Shown here piece by piece: positions 52,231 through 64,000 of a DNA stretch of 64,000 bases; the first letter of the stretch is position 1, and each line of letters begins with the position of its first letter. The DNA is from Camelus ferus (taxonomy: Eukaryota), in the NCBI RefSeq assembly GCF_009834535.1, contig NC_045696.1, forward strand, positions 60,886,001 to 60,950,000, in the 5' to 3' direction. Below the pieces are notes generated by a model. The model did not search any database. It was not told where the DNA came from and saw only the letters and a program-made list of their open reading frames with translations. The position numbers and the translations under genes are program-made.

Positions 52231-54204
52231 CAACCAAAACCCTGTGATTCAATTCTCACAGTATTTTCTCTCATCTTGAAATGTGGCTGATTATAACCTT
52301 GCCAATAAAGAGTCTTCAAAACCATACCCTCAAACAATGCAATTTACAGAAAAACTATTATCTTAAATGAGACAAATGATAGAGCCAGGTTTTAGTCCCA
52401 GCTCTACCATTTATTACCATCTTAATCTCTAAAGCATTTCAGAATCTCCCTTTCTAGCACTTTCAGTGAGATTTTTTCAATTATTTTACTTTTTCTGCAG
52501 GCAGGAAGCCTGCTAAGAGGTACTTTTTCCTACGTCTTTCTTTCTCTTTAACTATTTAATAACTTAATGATTTTATGAATTAGGAGTAGTTGAGTCCTAC
52601 TTTCATGGGACAAACCCAGAGCCCAAAGACAACAGTAACGTGGCTTCTGACACCTGAAAAAAAGTTCTTTGGAAACATTTATTTAATTGACGTGGCATTT
52701 TTCTCTCAGCTAATTTTCTAACTTTCAATTTCTCTTTGAGACTGTGAAGGTCACAAGGTCCAGAAAAAGAATATAATAATCATGATATACAGAATATAAC
52801 ATGATATTGCTCACTTCTCTTAAGTTGGCAAAAGGAAAAACCTTAACTCTTTATAATACAAAAACTTGTTAATAATATAATTTCATAAGTTAAATCTCTT
52901 ACAAGAAAATAACTATAAATATCTAAGAAGTGATTCAATATTTAGTTCAACAAATTCCCTCTTTGCTCTTAAAGAAGTCTGCTCAATTTTGCCCCTTCTT
53001 TCAGTCACACTGTTGTTGCAACCACCATTCTTGATTCTTTCCAGCGTTGTGGGAAGCCCACTTCTTTTTTCTTAGACCAGTGTCTGACTTTTATAAGGTA
53101 CCTGAGATAATTTCCTTCGACCCACCAGATCTAATTCATACTTTCTTCTGCCCCTCTATTCTTCTCTCTATTCTCATGTGAGCTATCAGAAGAAATAATG
53201 CAGTGACATTTCTGTTCAAAGGAACCACCTATTTGAATCATGCCCAAAATAATTTAAATTCAGTCGAACCAATTAATACAAATATTCTGGATTTAAACTT
53301 AAGTTTTCTACATCACAATAGGTCAACTTGAACTTCTCTGATTCTATATATTCTGAATATTTCTAGCTCTTATGCATGAGCAGGTTACCTAAAGCACAAA
53401 GGGAAAAGGGACCAAATCTCTCATTTAAAAAATAGATTTTTTAGCCATTGTGGAATGCTTACTATCATAAACATATGTATGTGTGTGTATATATATATAT
53501 TAAGACATTTTTCAGGGCGTTTGCTCAGCTCACAATGTTCTTAATTTCTCTCTCTCATTCACAGGGGCTGGCTTTCCTTCCCTCCCAGCTTTTCAGAGTC
53601 ATATATACCAGTGATTTTTAACCTTGAGGACCCTCTCAAAGGAAGTAACACTAAACTCTGTGGCTCCACGCAGTCTTGATGCCCTGGGAAACTCCTGTTT
53701 CTCCTTTAAGAGCCATCTCAAGCATAATCTCATTATACTTCCTTGAATGGTCTAGGCACTCAAATGATTCCTTGGCTGTGTTTCTCTTACTTTAGTGTAG
53801 CAATTATCACATGGTAACTCTTCATTAGATTTTAAGTTCCTTGAGACCAAGAGCTTTGTGTCTTTAGCATCTAACACAATACCTGACTTATTAAAAGGTC
53901 AAGTTTATTTGCTAGAATTAAGTTAATTCAGTGTGCCAACACTGGATATTTCATGCTGATCAACTCAGTGTTAGTTGTTTTTAAATTAAAAATTGGAAAA
54001 TTATTTCTGAATAAACTAAGTTTACTTGGTCGGTAATTAATTAATTTTTAAAATGTGGGCTTCATGAAGGGAATCACAAGAAAAGATCCTTAGCAGCAGC
54101 AGAGGAAATGTAGGAGACATACAGACCAAGCCAGATTATACCCACACCACCACCAACCGTCTGCAACATGAATTATAAATAAAATGGGTAAATCAATTTA
54201 TATC

Positions 54205-54212
54205 ATATATAT

Positions 54213-54275
<63 letters not shown>
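54205..54275. repeat. Compound (AT)/(AC)/(AT)n microsatellite
   Basis: Read directly from the sequence. Confidence 0.95.
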
Positions 54276-54278
<3 letters not shown>

Positions 54279-55280
54279 TCCTAAAATTCAACAAGAAAAT
54301 AAACAACTCTATTAAAAAATGGGCAAAGAACTTGAATAGACAGTTTTCCAAAGAAGGAGGAGGGTATAGCTCAATGGCAGAGTGCCTGCTTAGCATGCAT
54401 GAGATCCTGGGTTCAATCCCTGGTACCTCCATTAAAAAATAAATAAATCAACCTAATTACCACCCTCTCCTCCCAAAAAACCAAGCTGCAAAACGCACAC
54501 AAATAGTCAAAAAGCACATGAAAAACACTCAACATCGCTAATCATTAAGGAAATGCAAATCAAAACCACAATGAGATATCACTTCATATAAAGCAGGATG
54601 GCCTTCATTAAAAACAAAAGCCAGAAAATAACAAGAGTTGGTGAGGATACAGAATAACTGGAACCCCTGTGCATTGCTGGTGAGAATGCAAAATGGTACA
54701 ACTGCTGTAGAAAACATAAGAGTAGTTTTTCAAAAATTAAACATGAAGTTATGTTTATGATCCAGCAATTACACTTCTGAATATATACCCAAAAGAACTG
54801 AAAGCAAGGACTCAAACAGGCATTTGTTTACCAGTACTATGGCTACATTGTTCATACTAGACAAAAGGTGGAAACAACCCAAATGTCCATTAACAGATGA
54901 ATGGATAAACAAAATGTAGTATATGCATACAATAAAGTAATATTCAGCCCTAAAAAGTAATTAGAAATTCTGATACATGCTACAGCATGGATGAACCTTA
55001 AAAACATTGTCCTAAGTGAAACAAACAAGACACAAATACTGTATGATTCCACCTAATGAGGTACCTACAATAGAGACAGAAAGTAGAATGGTTACCAGGG
55101 ATAGAAGGAAGAGGTATTGGTGAATTGTTGTTTAATAGATATAGTTTCAGTTTGGGATGATGAAAAAGTTTTGGAGATGGATATAGTGGTGATGGCTGCA
55201 CAACAATGTAAATGTACTCAAAACTACTGAGAAGGGCACTTTAAAATGATTAAAGTGGTAAATTTTATGTTACAAATATT
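54275..55280 (+). mobile_element. L1M (L1MB-like) 3' portion
   Basis: GGAAATGCAAATCAAAACCACAATGAGATATCAC...GATGGCTGCACAACAATGTAAATGTACTCAA. Confidence 0.82.
54356..54480 (+). mobile_element. tRNA-Ala-derived SINE (Vic-1-like) nested in an older L1
   Basis: Same head and tail as the other three copies. Confidence 0.85.
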
Positions 55281-56557
55281 TTACCATGATAAAAAAAATC
55301 CAACTGTACAGTACTCAAAGTAGAAAATAAATGTAATCTGCCTCTTTTTTCGTGATATGTACCTTAAAAATCTTTCTCTAAAATTATAGACTTTTCTAGT
55401 AACCATATCTTACACCTTAGCAATAAACTAAATGATACAGAAATTACAGAAACAAAAGTTCAAAGCATTCTGTAATGCCAAATCTCAAAAAGTTAGTTTT
55501 ACAACTATGTAACAAAGAATGTTGGTTGTTTATTAGTTCTTTTCTCCCTAACTCCATTTCTCTTTCCCAAGGGAAAAAAAAGTGTTTAATATTTCATTCT
55601 GTTCAGCTATGTAATTAAGACAGTAGAACTTACTTCTTTAAATTTCTAAAGCTAAGCCAGGAAAACCTAGGTTCATTCCCGTCCAAACACAAATTAATGT
55701 TTTCAACTCTATGGCATTTATTAAAAAATGCTAGTAATCAAAAGTCTTATGTTCTTCTAATAACTCCTTCAGGCCATCCCACGCAATGACATCATCCTTA
55801 CCAAATAAAGCCCATTATGTAATACCCATATATATACACTACTATAACTTTCTATGAGAACAGTCACTGCTGTGAATGTTAAAAGGGCCTGAGATAATGA
55901 CAGATATTCTGTATAACAGGTTTTTAACACTAAGCTATATAAGCTTTAGGAGAATATTATAGAAATAATGTCCTTTAACATATAAAGAAATGGTAAATAT
56001 GAATTATTAAAAAAATATAAAACACACATTTGAGATGAATAATTCAGTAAGAAATAAAAAGTACAACTGTTAAGGAAGGTCAAGTCCCTAAAGAATTATA
56101 TAAAACTAGTAATTTAAAATATGATTTAATAACTGTTTAACAAACCACAATAATACCGTTTAGAGTACTACCCAGACTAAAAAATACCAAGAAGAAAGAA
56201 CCATACACTATTGCTTATTAAATGAAGATACTGTGATGACTGATAAAAGTTTGTTACACTTTTAAAACCTCCTCTTTAAATTTGCTCTAAAATTTTTAAA
56301 TATTAAATCTAAAAAACACTCTACATTTAGGTATTTCCTTTATGATTTCAACCACTATGCCATTGATATGAAATTTTGTTGATAGAAAATACAACAAAAA
56401 TCATTTTATTTTAGCTATTAATAAAATTATGTGACCCAAAGAGGTCAAAAATAAGAATATATGAGAAAGCATATATGGATTTTCTTTTTTAAATCGTTTT
56501 TAACTTTAAATTTTTATGAAAGGTATTAAGTTCATATGATTTTAAATATCAATTAGT

Positions 56558-57250
56558 GACTTCTGCTTCCGGAAGATGTAACAGAGGTACTTTTCCCTAC
56601 TTCTAAACTGAAAACCCTGGCCATCACATCTAAAACAAAGATAAGAAGACTCTAAAGAGTTAAAAGAAGACAACTAAGGACTTTAGGATCCAAGGAAGGA
56701 CAAGGTGATCAGTTCCTCGGGTTTTCCTTTTGCTTCATGTATCCTAGACTTGGAACTGACGTCTCCGAGTTGGCAATCCAGAAACACCAATGGACAGAGA
56801 CAAAAACAAAAGAAACAAACCAATAAAAGCCTGCTTTCTCTAGCCAAAAGACCAGGAAAGGGGCAACTTAACAAGACAGAAAACTTTCAGACAATAACTT
56901 CTCTACTCCAGTCAAACACCTCAGAAACAAATGTGGCCTCATCCAACCCATGTCAGCAAAGGCTAAGTGAGGAGCCTAAACTTCCATCCTTACAGGACTG
57001 TAATTTGGCATTTCAGTGGCTCCTATGGCTCCCCATTGATATGGTGTCAAAGAATGACAAGTGGAAAGCCAGGGCTTTCATGCCTACTGGAAGGTAATGT
57101 GGTCCCACTCCCCACCATGTAGAATCAGTGGAGACAGTCTGGAGAACCTGGACTTCCACCTCTAACCACCAGTTGTTACTCTCCACCTTCCTGCTGGTAT
57201 GATGTCAGAGGACTAGTAGAGTCAGGGCTTTGACCACTGCCAAGCTGATG
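56558..57250 (+). mobile_element. Probable old L1 5'UTR fragment
   Basis: Begins GACTTCTGCTTCCGGAAGATG, typical of old L1M 5' ends; locally higher GC. Confidence 0.5.
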
Positions 57251-60200
57251 GAGGGGTAGAAAGAAAAAAACAAATAATTTGTTATAAAATTACTATTCCT
57301 TTTCAGAAAGCAAGGGCCTTGAAGAAATCTCTTGATTCCTCAGAGGAAGCAAATAATGGGAAGTGTACAAGGGTACATAGTAAAAAAGTCAAGGACTGAA
57401 AATATTTCAAAATCGCAGCCTGATGCTAATTTTAAGTGTTCTGTCTTAAGAGTTTGAAAATTCAGACCACCATGTCTATGGTGTCATTACTGAAAAAAGA
57501 GAAAAAAATTAAAGGTACATTTTAAAAGGAGGTGTCATTGACCTAACTGACAAAACTGAAGTAGAGTGTTGGAAATAGGTAGAGAAAAATCCATTAGCAC
57601 CTCATTTTTGTTTATAATATTGGGATTCATCCTGAGTGACGACTACCTGACAAGACTAATTCAGGGAATACATATTTTTCTATGAATGCTCCAAATGTGA
57701 CTATCACAACTAATTTTCCTTATTTTTACTTTCACATAGCAGCATTTATAGAGATGCCACAATGTGCTTCATTATGAGGCAGATCTTCGTTTTAATCAGT
57801 TAGAAAATTAAAAATATAGATTATGGTCAAAACAGTCAAATTTTTAAATGATACAATGACATTTTTTTATGTTTCTCTATAGCACCTTAAAAGTCAAAAC
57901 TTTACGAACACTCTGAACAAATTTATTATAATCTCATCACAACAAACTTTAATGGCACCATGTATGGCTAATTCACTGTGGCCTTCTCCAGGATTAGAAA
58001 CTCTGGTCATAATACTATAAAGAATTTCTTTACAATAAGGTTTAATTCATTGCTAATAGACATTTGTTGAAATTGAGATCACCAGGTTAAATGAACACAC
58101 TGTCAAATCTTTTTAACATAGTAACATGTTATTGGAAATATAAATTGTTAGAAGTAACTTGTTTTCCCATCTTAAAATATCAGTGAATATTAATATATGA
58201 ACTGCATATATAGACATGAAAAAGTAACATATAGAAACCTAAAGTTTCTATACATTCCAAAACCTAAGGATTTCTATATATTCCTTTTTCATTAAAAGAT
58301 TAATGCCTTTTTTATTATAAAAAGATTGACCAAGGGTCTAGCTGGAGAAATTCATGATCGCATGTTTGCTTAAGAAAAAGGCTTTCTATTGTTGCTGTTA
58401 TTGTTTTTCCCTTAGCATAAACCAGATTATTTCTAACCGACAGAATTTGTATCCTTTGCTCCAATTATACTGTACTTTCATCTGAAATACCAGTACAGGT
58501 AAGAAAGGGAAGAATTCCTAATAAACTGTTAATATTTTTTGGTACATGGGGGTTTGATTTTTGATCTCTAATGAAATGTTTTAAACCTATTTCCAGTCCT
58601 GTATTTATACTTAATTTCACAGAAATGTATTGTTAGGCATATTACATCCTCAACAAACACCATAAAATGAAAATATTTAAATCTCAGTTCAGACTATTTA
58701 ATCAAAAATTTTTTTTGACAATTTCAGTTGTAATGAAAGAATTTCAATTCTGAATTTTTAATTTGCTGTAGTGGGCTTAATTTCTGTCAGTACTTGAGAT
58801 TGCATCATCAGTCTTCTTTCATGATGGAATCCCTTTACTGGTTTAGTATTTAATTTGAACATATATTTGCCCATTTAAAAAAGTGCTTGCCCTAACTTTA
58901 TTTTTAAATGCATGAAATAAGCACTTGTTCAAAACTTAACATTCCTGTAAAACTCTCCCTAAAATGTATGCAGAATTTAAATTGTGGCCAAATGTATTAT
59001 CACTACCCTATTTAAAATTTTAATCAGCTTTCCAAAAATCATTTCTTCATAGTGTAACTGTGAAATCAAATTGAGGATTTACTGGTAAAAGTGACAAGTT
59101 ATTTTATTTAACAAAAGGACTAAAACAAAGTGATACTCAAACAACATTTTTATTCTATAGTTCAGTCATTCTATAAAACTAATTAACCGAGGAGTTCTAA
59201 TGTAGTTTTCAAATATCACAATGGTAATCCTGTATACTCTAGCTACTAATGATACCCAATGTTTCCGAGGCTCCTACTAAACAGCAATTTGGTCTTACTG
59301 TTTATACTGAAATGTTCAAATTTTGTTCAAAACCCAAACTTTTATTTTACAGTAGATTTATAAAATTGCTAAATACTGATTTTATGTAAATGCTTTTGTT
59401 GATCATTATTCCTTCACAACTTAAAACAAGATGTTTCCAGCAACTTTGAGGATTGTGTGTGTGTATGTTTAAATTTTTTTTGAAGTGTAATTTATTTCCA
59501 GTGTTAGTTTCAGGTACACAGCAAAGTGATTCAGTTATATATATACACACACACACGTTATATGTATATATACACATGTATATACACACACACATATATT
59601 TTCAGATTCTTTTCCATTACAGTGAAATTTTTTTTATTATCTCAAGAGGCTCCCCTTGACCCCAAACTAGTACTTAACTTTGTGACTAATAAGTGACAAG
59701 GTTCCAAAATGTAAGCAATGCCATCAATTTTCAGCACAATTGAATCTAGGTTAATGGATTTTTATTTTTCATTGAAACACTATACTTTCATTTCATTTAA
59801 ACTATGGTACAGTTATCCCTTTTTTCTCCTGCTTAGAATGTTGTCTGCCAGCACATTCTAAAGAGAATCAATCAAAAATAATCAATTACATACTTTGCTT
59901 ATTAACATGAAAGGCTATTTAAAGCAAAAACAAATTTTATTTTAGAAATTGTTTTTAAAAAGAAGCAACTATTTTTGCATTCTCATAAAGTCTTTTAGAT
60001 CAGCTTGACAATCATCAGCTTTTGAAATGTGAATTCCTACTGCCAGAGTAAAGGTTTCATTTCTATAACACCATAATGTATTTTTTCTACCTTCTGTCTA
60101 CTGTCTGGAAGTTGTGCCAGAACCTAGGGCAGTCAATGTTTGGAGCTGAGTGCTCAATAAACAAACAAACAAAAAAAGTCTTACTGGAAAAGCTATCAAG

Positions 60201-60754
60201 GATGCTAGAGTCTAAGAAGGCCCACACACCATGCTTTATCATTTTGCATACACATTACCCAGCAAAGCAATAATGTATACTGAATGACTGGAAAAATAGC
60301 TTCCTGCTTCCCCCGACAGTGATGTTTTTCAATCATCCTAGGAGTGTGGGATGCTGAAAAATGTATGTAGGCTGATAAAATTTTGGTACATATTTCTAAA
60401 GCTGGGCCGTAATAAAAATATTAAACAAATTTAACAAGAGCAGTCAAAAATTAAATCAAACTTAGAACTCTTAATTTAATTTTGCTAAGAGAACTATCTT
60501 CCTAGTCTGGAGGCCTGGGTTCTAAACTTATATTGTTGGTGACATATGTTGGGCTGGGATGATACATAAGTCACTTTATTGTGAAATACAAAAGTTGTGT
60601 AATGAAAAAGAATGAGAACGTTGTTCTTTGGAAAAAGGTATTTTATAAATACAAGGGATTATTAATTATGGAAAATTTGCTGCCAAACATAAAGGTATTC
60701 TTTGATAGCTTCTTACTTTAAGTAATAAAAAAATCTAAAGATAGCTAAAATAAG

Positions 60755-62975
60755 CATAGTACTCAACAGTGAAAAATTCAAAAGCTTCCCACTAAAATCT
60801 AGGACAAGGCTGCCCACTATCACCACTCCTATTCAACACAGTCTTAGAAGTCCTAGCCACAGCAATCAGGCAAGAGAGAGAAATAAAAGGGATCCAAATT
60901 GGAAAAGAAGAGATAAAAGTGTCACTATATGCAGATGACATGATACTATATATAGGAAATCCTAAAAGGTCCACACAAAAACTACTAGAAATAATCTAAG
61001 AATTCAGCAAGGTAGCAGGTTACAAGATTAATGTACAAAAATCAGTTGCATTTCTTTACACTAATGATGAATCAACAGGAAAAGAAAGTAAAGCAACAAT
61101 CCCCTTTAAAATAGCACCCAAAGTAATAAAGTACCTAGGAATAAATCTAACCAACGAGGTGAAAGACTTATACATGGAGAACTATAAAACACTGATTAAG
61201 GAAATTAAAGAAGACTTTAAAAAATGGAAAGATATCCCATGCTCCTTGATTGGAAGAATCAGTATTGTTAAAATGGTCATACTGCCCAAGGCAATCTACA
61301 GATTTAATGCAATCCCTATCAAATTACCCAGGATATATTTCACAGAATTAGAACAAATCATAATAAAATTTATATGGAACCAAAAAAGGCCTAGAATTGC
61401 CAAAATATTACTGAAGAAAAAGAAAGAGGCTGGAGGAATAACTATCCCAGACTTCAGACAATATTACAGAGCTACAGTAATCAAAATAGCATGGTATTGG
61501 TACAAAGACATATAGACCAATGGAACAGAATAGAGAGCCCAGAAATGAACCCACAAACTTTTGGTCAACTAATCTTCGACAAAGGAGGCAAGAATATACA
61601 ATGGAGTAAAGACAGTCCCTTCAGCAAATGGTGTTGGGAAAACTGGACAGCAGCACATAAATCAATGAAGCTAGAACACTCCATACACCATACACAAAAA
61701 TAAACTCAAAATGGATCAAAGACTTAAACATAAGACAAGATACAAAAACCTCCTAGAAGAAAATATAGACAAAACATTATCTCACATACATCTCAAAAAT
61801 GCTCTCCTAGGGCAGTCTACCCAAGAAATAGAAATAAAAGCAAGAATAAACAAATGGGACCTAATTAAACTTACCAGCTTCTACACAGCAAAGGAAACCA
61901 TAAGTAAAACAAAATGACAACCTACGGAATGGGAGAAAAGTTTTGCAAATCATGAAACCGACAAAGACTTGATCTCCAGAATATATAAGCAGCTCATACA
62001 ACTTAATAAGAAAAAAACAAACAACCCAATCCAAAACTGGGCAGAAGACCTAAACAAGCAATTCTCCAAGGAAGAAATACAAATGATCAATAGGCACATG
62101 GAAAAATGCTCAATATCACTAATTATCAGAGAAATGCAAAACAAAACTACAGTCAGATATCACCTCACACCAGTCAGAATGGCCATCATTCAAAAGTCCA
62201 CAAACGACAAATGCTGGAGAGGCTGTGGAGAAAAGGGAACCCTCCTACATTGCTGGTGGGAATGCAGTTTGGTGCAGCCACTGTGGAAAACAGTATGGAG
62301 ATTCCTCAAAAGACTAGGAATAGACTTACCATATGACCCAGGAATCCTGCCCTTAGCATATATCCAGAAGGAACCCTACTTCAAAATGACATCTGCACCC
62401 CAATGTTCATAGCAGCACTATTTACAATAGCCAAGATTTGGAAACAGCCTAAATGTCCATCGACAGAGGACTGGATAAAGAAGATGTGGCATATTTATAC
62501 AATGGAATATTATTCAGCCATAAAAAAGACACAATGGAATATTATTCAGCCATTAAAAATGACAACATAATGCCATTTGCAGCAACATGGGTGTCCCTGG
62601 AGAATGTCATTCTAAGTGAAGTAAGCCAGAAAAAGAAAGAAGAAAAAAAGAACATAAATACAAACCAGAAACAGACTCATAGACAAAGAATACAAACTTG
62701 TGGTTGCCAAGGGGGAAAGGGGTGGGAAGGGATAGACTGCGAGTTCAAAATTTGTAGATACTGACAGGCATATGCAGAATAGATAAACAAGATTATACTG
62801 TATAGCACAGGGAAATATATACAAGATCTTGTGGTAGCTCACAGCAAAAAAAAAAAATGTGACAATGAATACTTATATGTTCATGTATAACTGAAAACTT
62901 GTGCTGTACACTGGAATTTGACACAACATTGTAAAATGACCATAACTCAATAAAAAAAAGTTTAAAAAAAAAGAA
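60755..62975 (+). mobile_element. Relatively young 5'-truncated L1 (ORF2 RT to C-terminus, 3'UTR, A-tail)
   Basis: [11 protein letters not shown] and YADD RT motifs; many supplied ORFs (61159-62764) are ORF2 pieces broken by frameshifts. Confidence 0.95.
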
Positions 62976-64000
62976 AAGAATTTCTTCAGAAATTTTAAAA
63001 GAGATCCTTAAAATGATAATCCAAAAATTCAAAGTAAAACAAAATGTTTAAAATACAATAAGGAGAAAATAAATCATACATACAAAAAAATAACTTCAAC
63101 AAAAGCTCTGGGAAAACATGATACCAACTACCAGTAATAACCAATCAACCACCTTTATCTTCTATATTGGAGGGGGACATGCACGTTTGGAACCACAGCA
63201 GTACAATATATCAATTTAATCTTGTTATATATATTTTATGACTCCATAATGATATGTAAAACAAGACAGAAACAATTGAAGGAATTTTGCAACAAACTGG
63301 AATTGGTTTATTTTAGATTCAAAAATCATACTTCGAAAAGCTCTCTATTTTTAAAAGCTATATTCATGCTTAGAACAGTGCCTGAGACATAGGCACAAAA
63401 TATAATTTTACTAAATAAATAACTAAATAAATAAATAACAATAAGGCATTGAAGTAAGCAGGAGAAAGAAAAGAAAGGAGAAAATAAACGAAGCTAAGTT
63501 TTACACATAAGCATGGGAACATTTGTTAATTGTTCCATATGGCTACAATCTTGTTCAATCAACAAAATGTCCTTATGAGGTAGGCACTGTGCACATGAGG
63601 AAACTACCATTTAGGAAGGTTAGGAAACATGCCTTGGGGTCACACAAAGTTAGTAAGTGACTGAACTGAAATTCAAATCTAGATTTCTCTGAATTCAAAG
63701 CCCATGCATAAATATACTTACACAAAACACTATTATACTATAAATTATTATTTTTAAATGCTGAAAAACAGGTACATGATTAACAGGCAGCTCCACTATC
63801 CCAGTAAAAATCAGGATTTTTAAAGATACTATTTAATACTGATATTATACAGCATCATTAAATTATTCTTCAGATAGAGACTCTTACTAAATGTTATCTT
63901 TAAGATTCATAGGAATTATAGGCTATATAACTACGGTATACTTGTATCCTGCTATGTTAATAGACTGGACTTTCCTTCACATCTTAAAACATAGAAAGGC

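Noticed and set aside
56705..57097. 130-aa plus-strand ORF
   Set aside because: Non-ATG start, no recognisable motif, and it lies within a probable old L1 5'UTR.
60755..62975. L1 as an active element
   Set aside because: It is 5'-truncated with no promoter, ORF1 or endonuclease domain, and ORF2 has multiple stops and frameshifts.
1..64000. CRISPR array, prokaryotic or viral insert, or a novel multi-gene system
   Set aside because: I saw no regularly spaced repeat-spacer array, no long unexplained ORF and no compositional block that a spliced mammalian gene plus known repeat classes fails to explain.

Overview
AT-rich mammalian genomic DNA, most likely from a camelid: there are four tRNA-Ala-derived Vic-1-like SINEs and artiodactyl-type L1 3' ends, and I saw no Alu, Bov-A/BovB or PRE elements. 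The window lies inside the LRCH3 gene on the minus strand. Thirteen GT-AG coding exons (equivalent to human exons 2-14, 37609 down to 1361) splice into one open 1370-nt frame covering the LRR domain and the central region. Exon 1 and the CH-domain exons lie outside the window. The introns hold ordinary repeats (MIR, L2, L1, MLT LTRs, MER2/MER20/MER33/MER44) and an RPL21 processed pseudogene. I found no new multi-gene system. The most interesting observations are: (1) the RPL21 retrocopy carries a 115-nt insert at the recalled 5'UTR exon1/exon2 junction, possibly a fossil alternative exon with a tiny uORF; (2) an ORF1-only L1 composite is associated with three copies of one target-site sequence; (3) a roughly 200-bp twin-primed L1 insertion; (4) two candidate poison exons and several unusual splice-site contexts in LRCH3. 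Repeat family names and human comparisons come from recalled sequences, not from a database search, and old-repeat boundaries are approximate.
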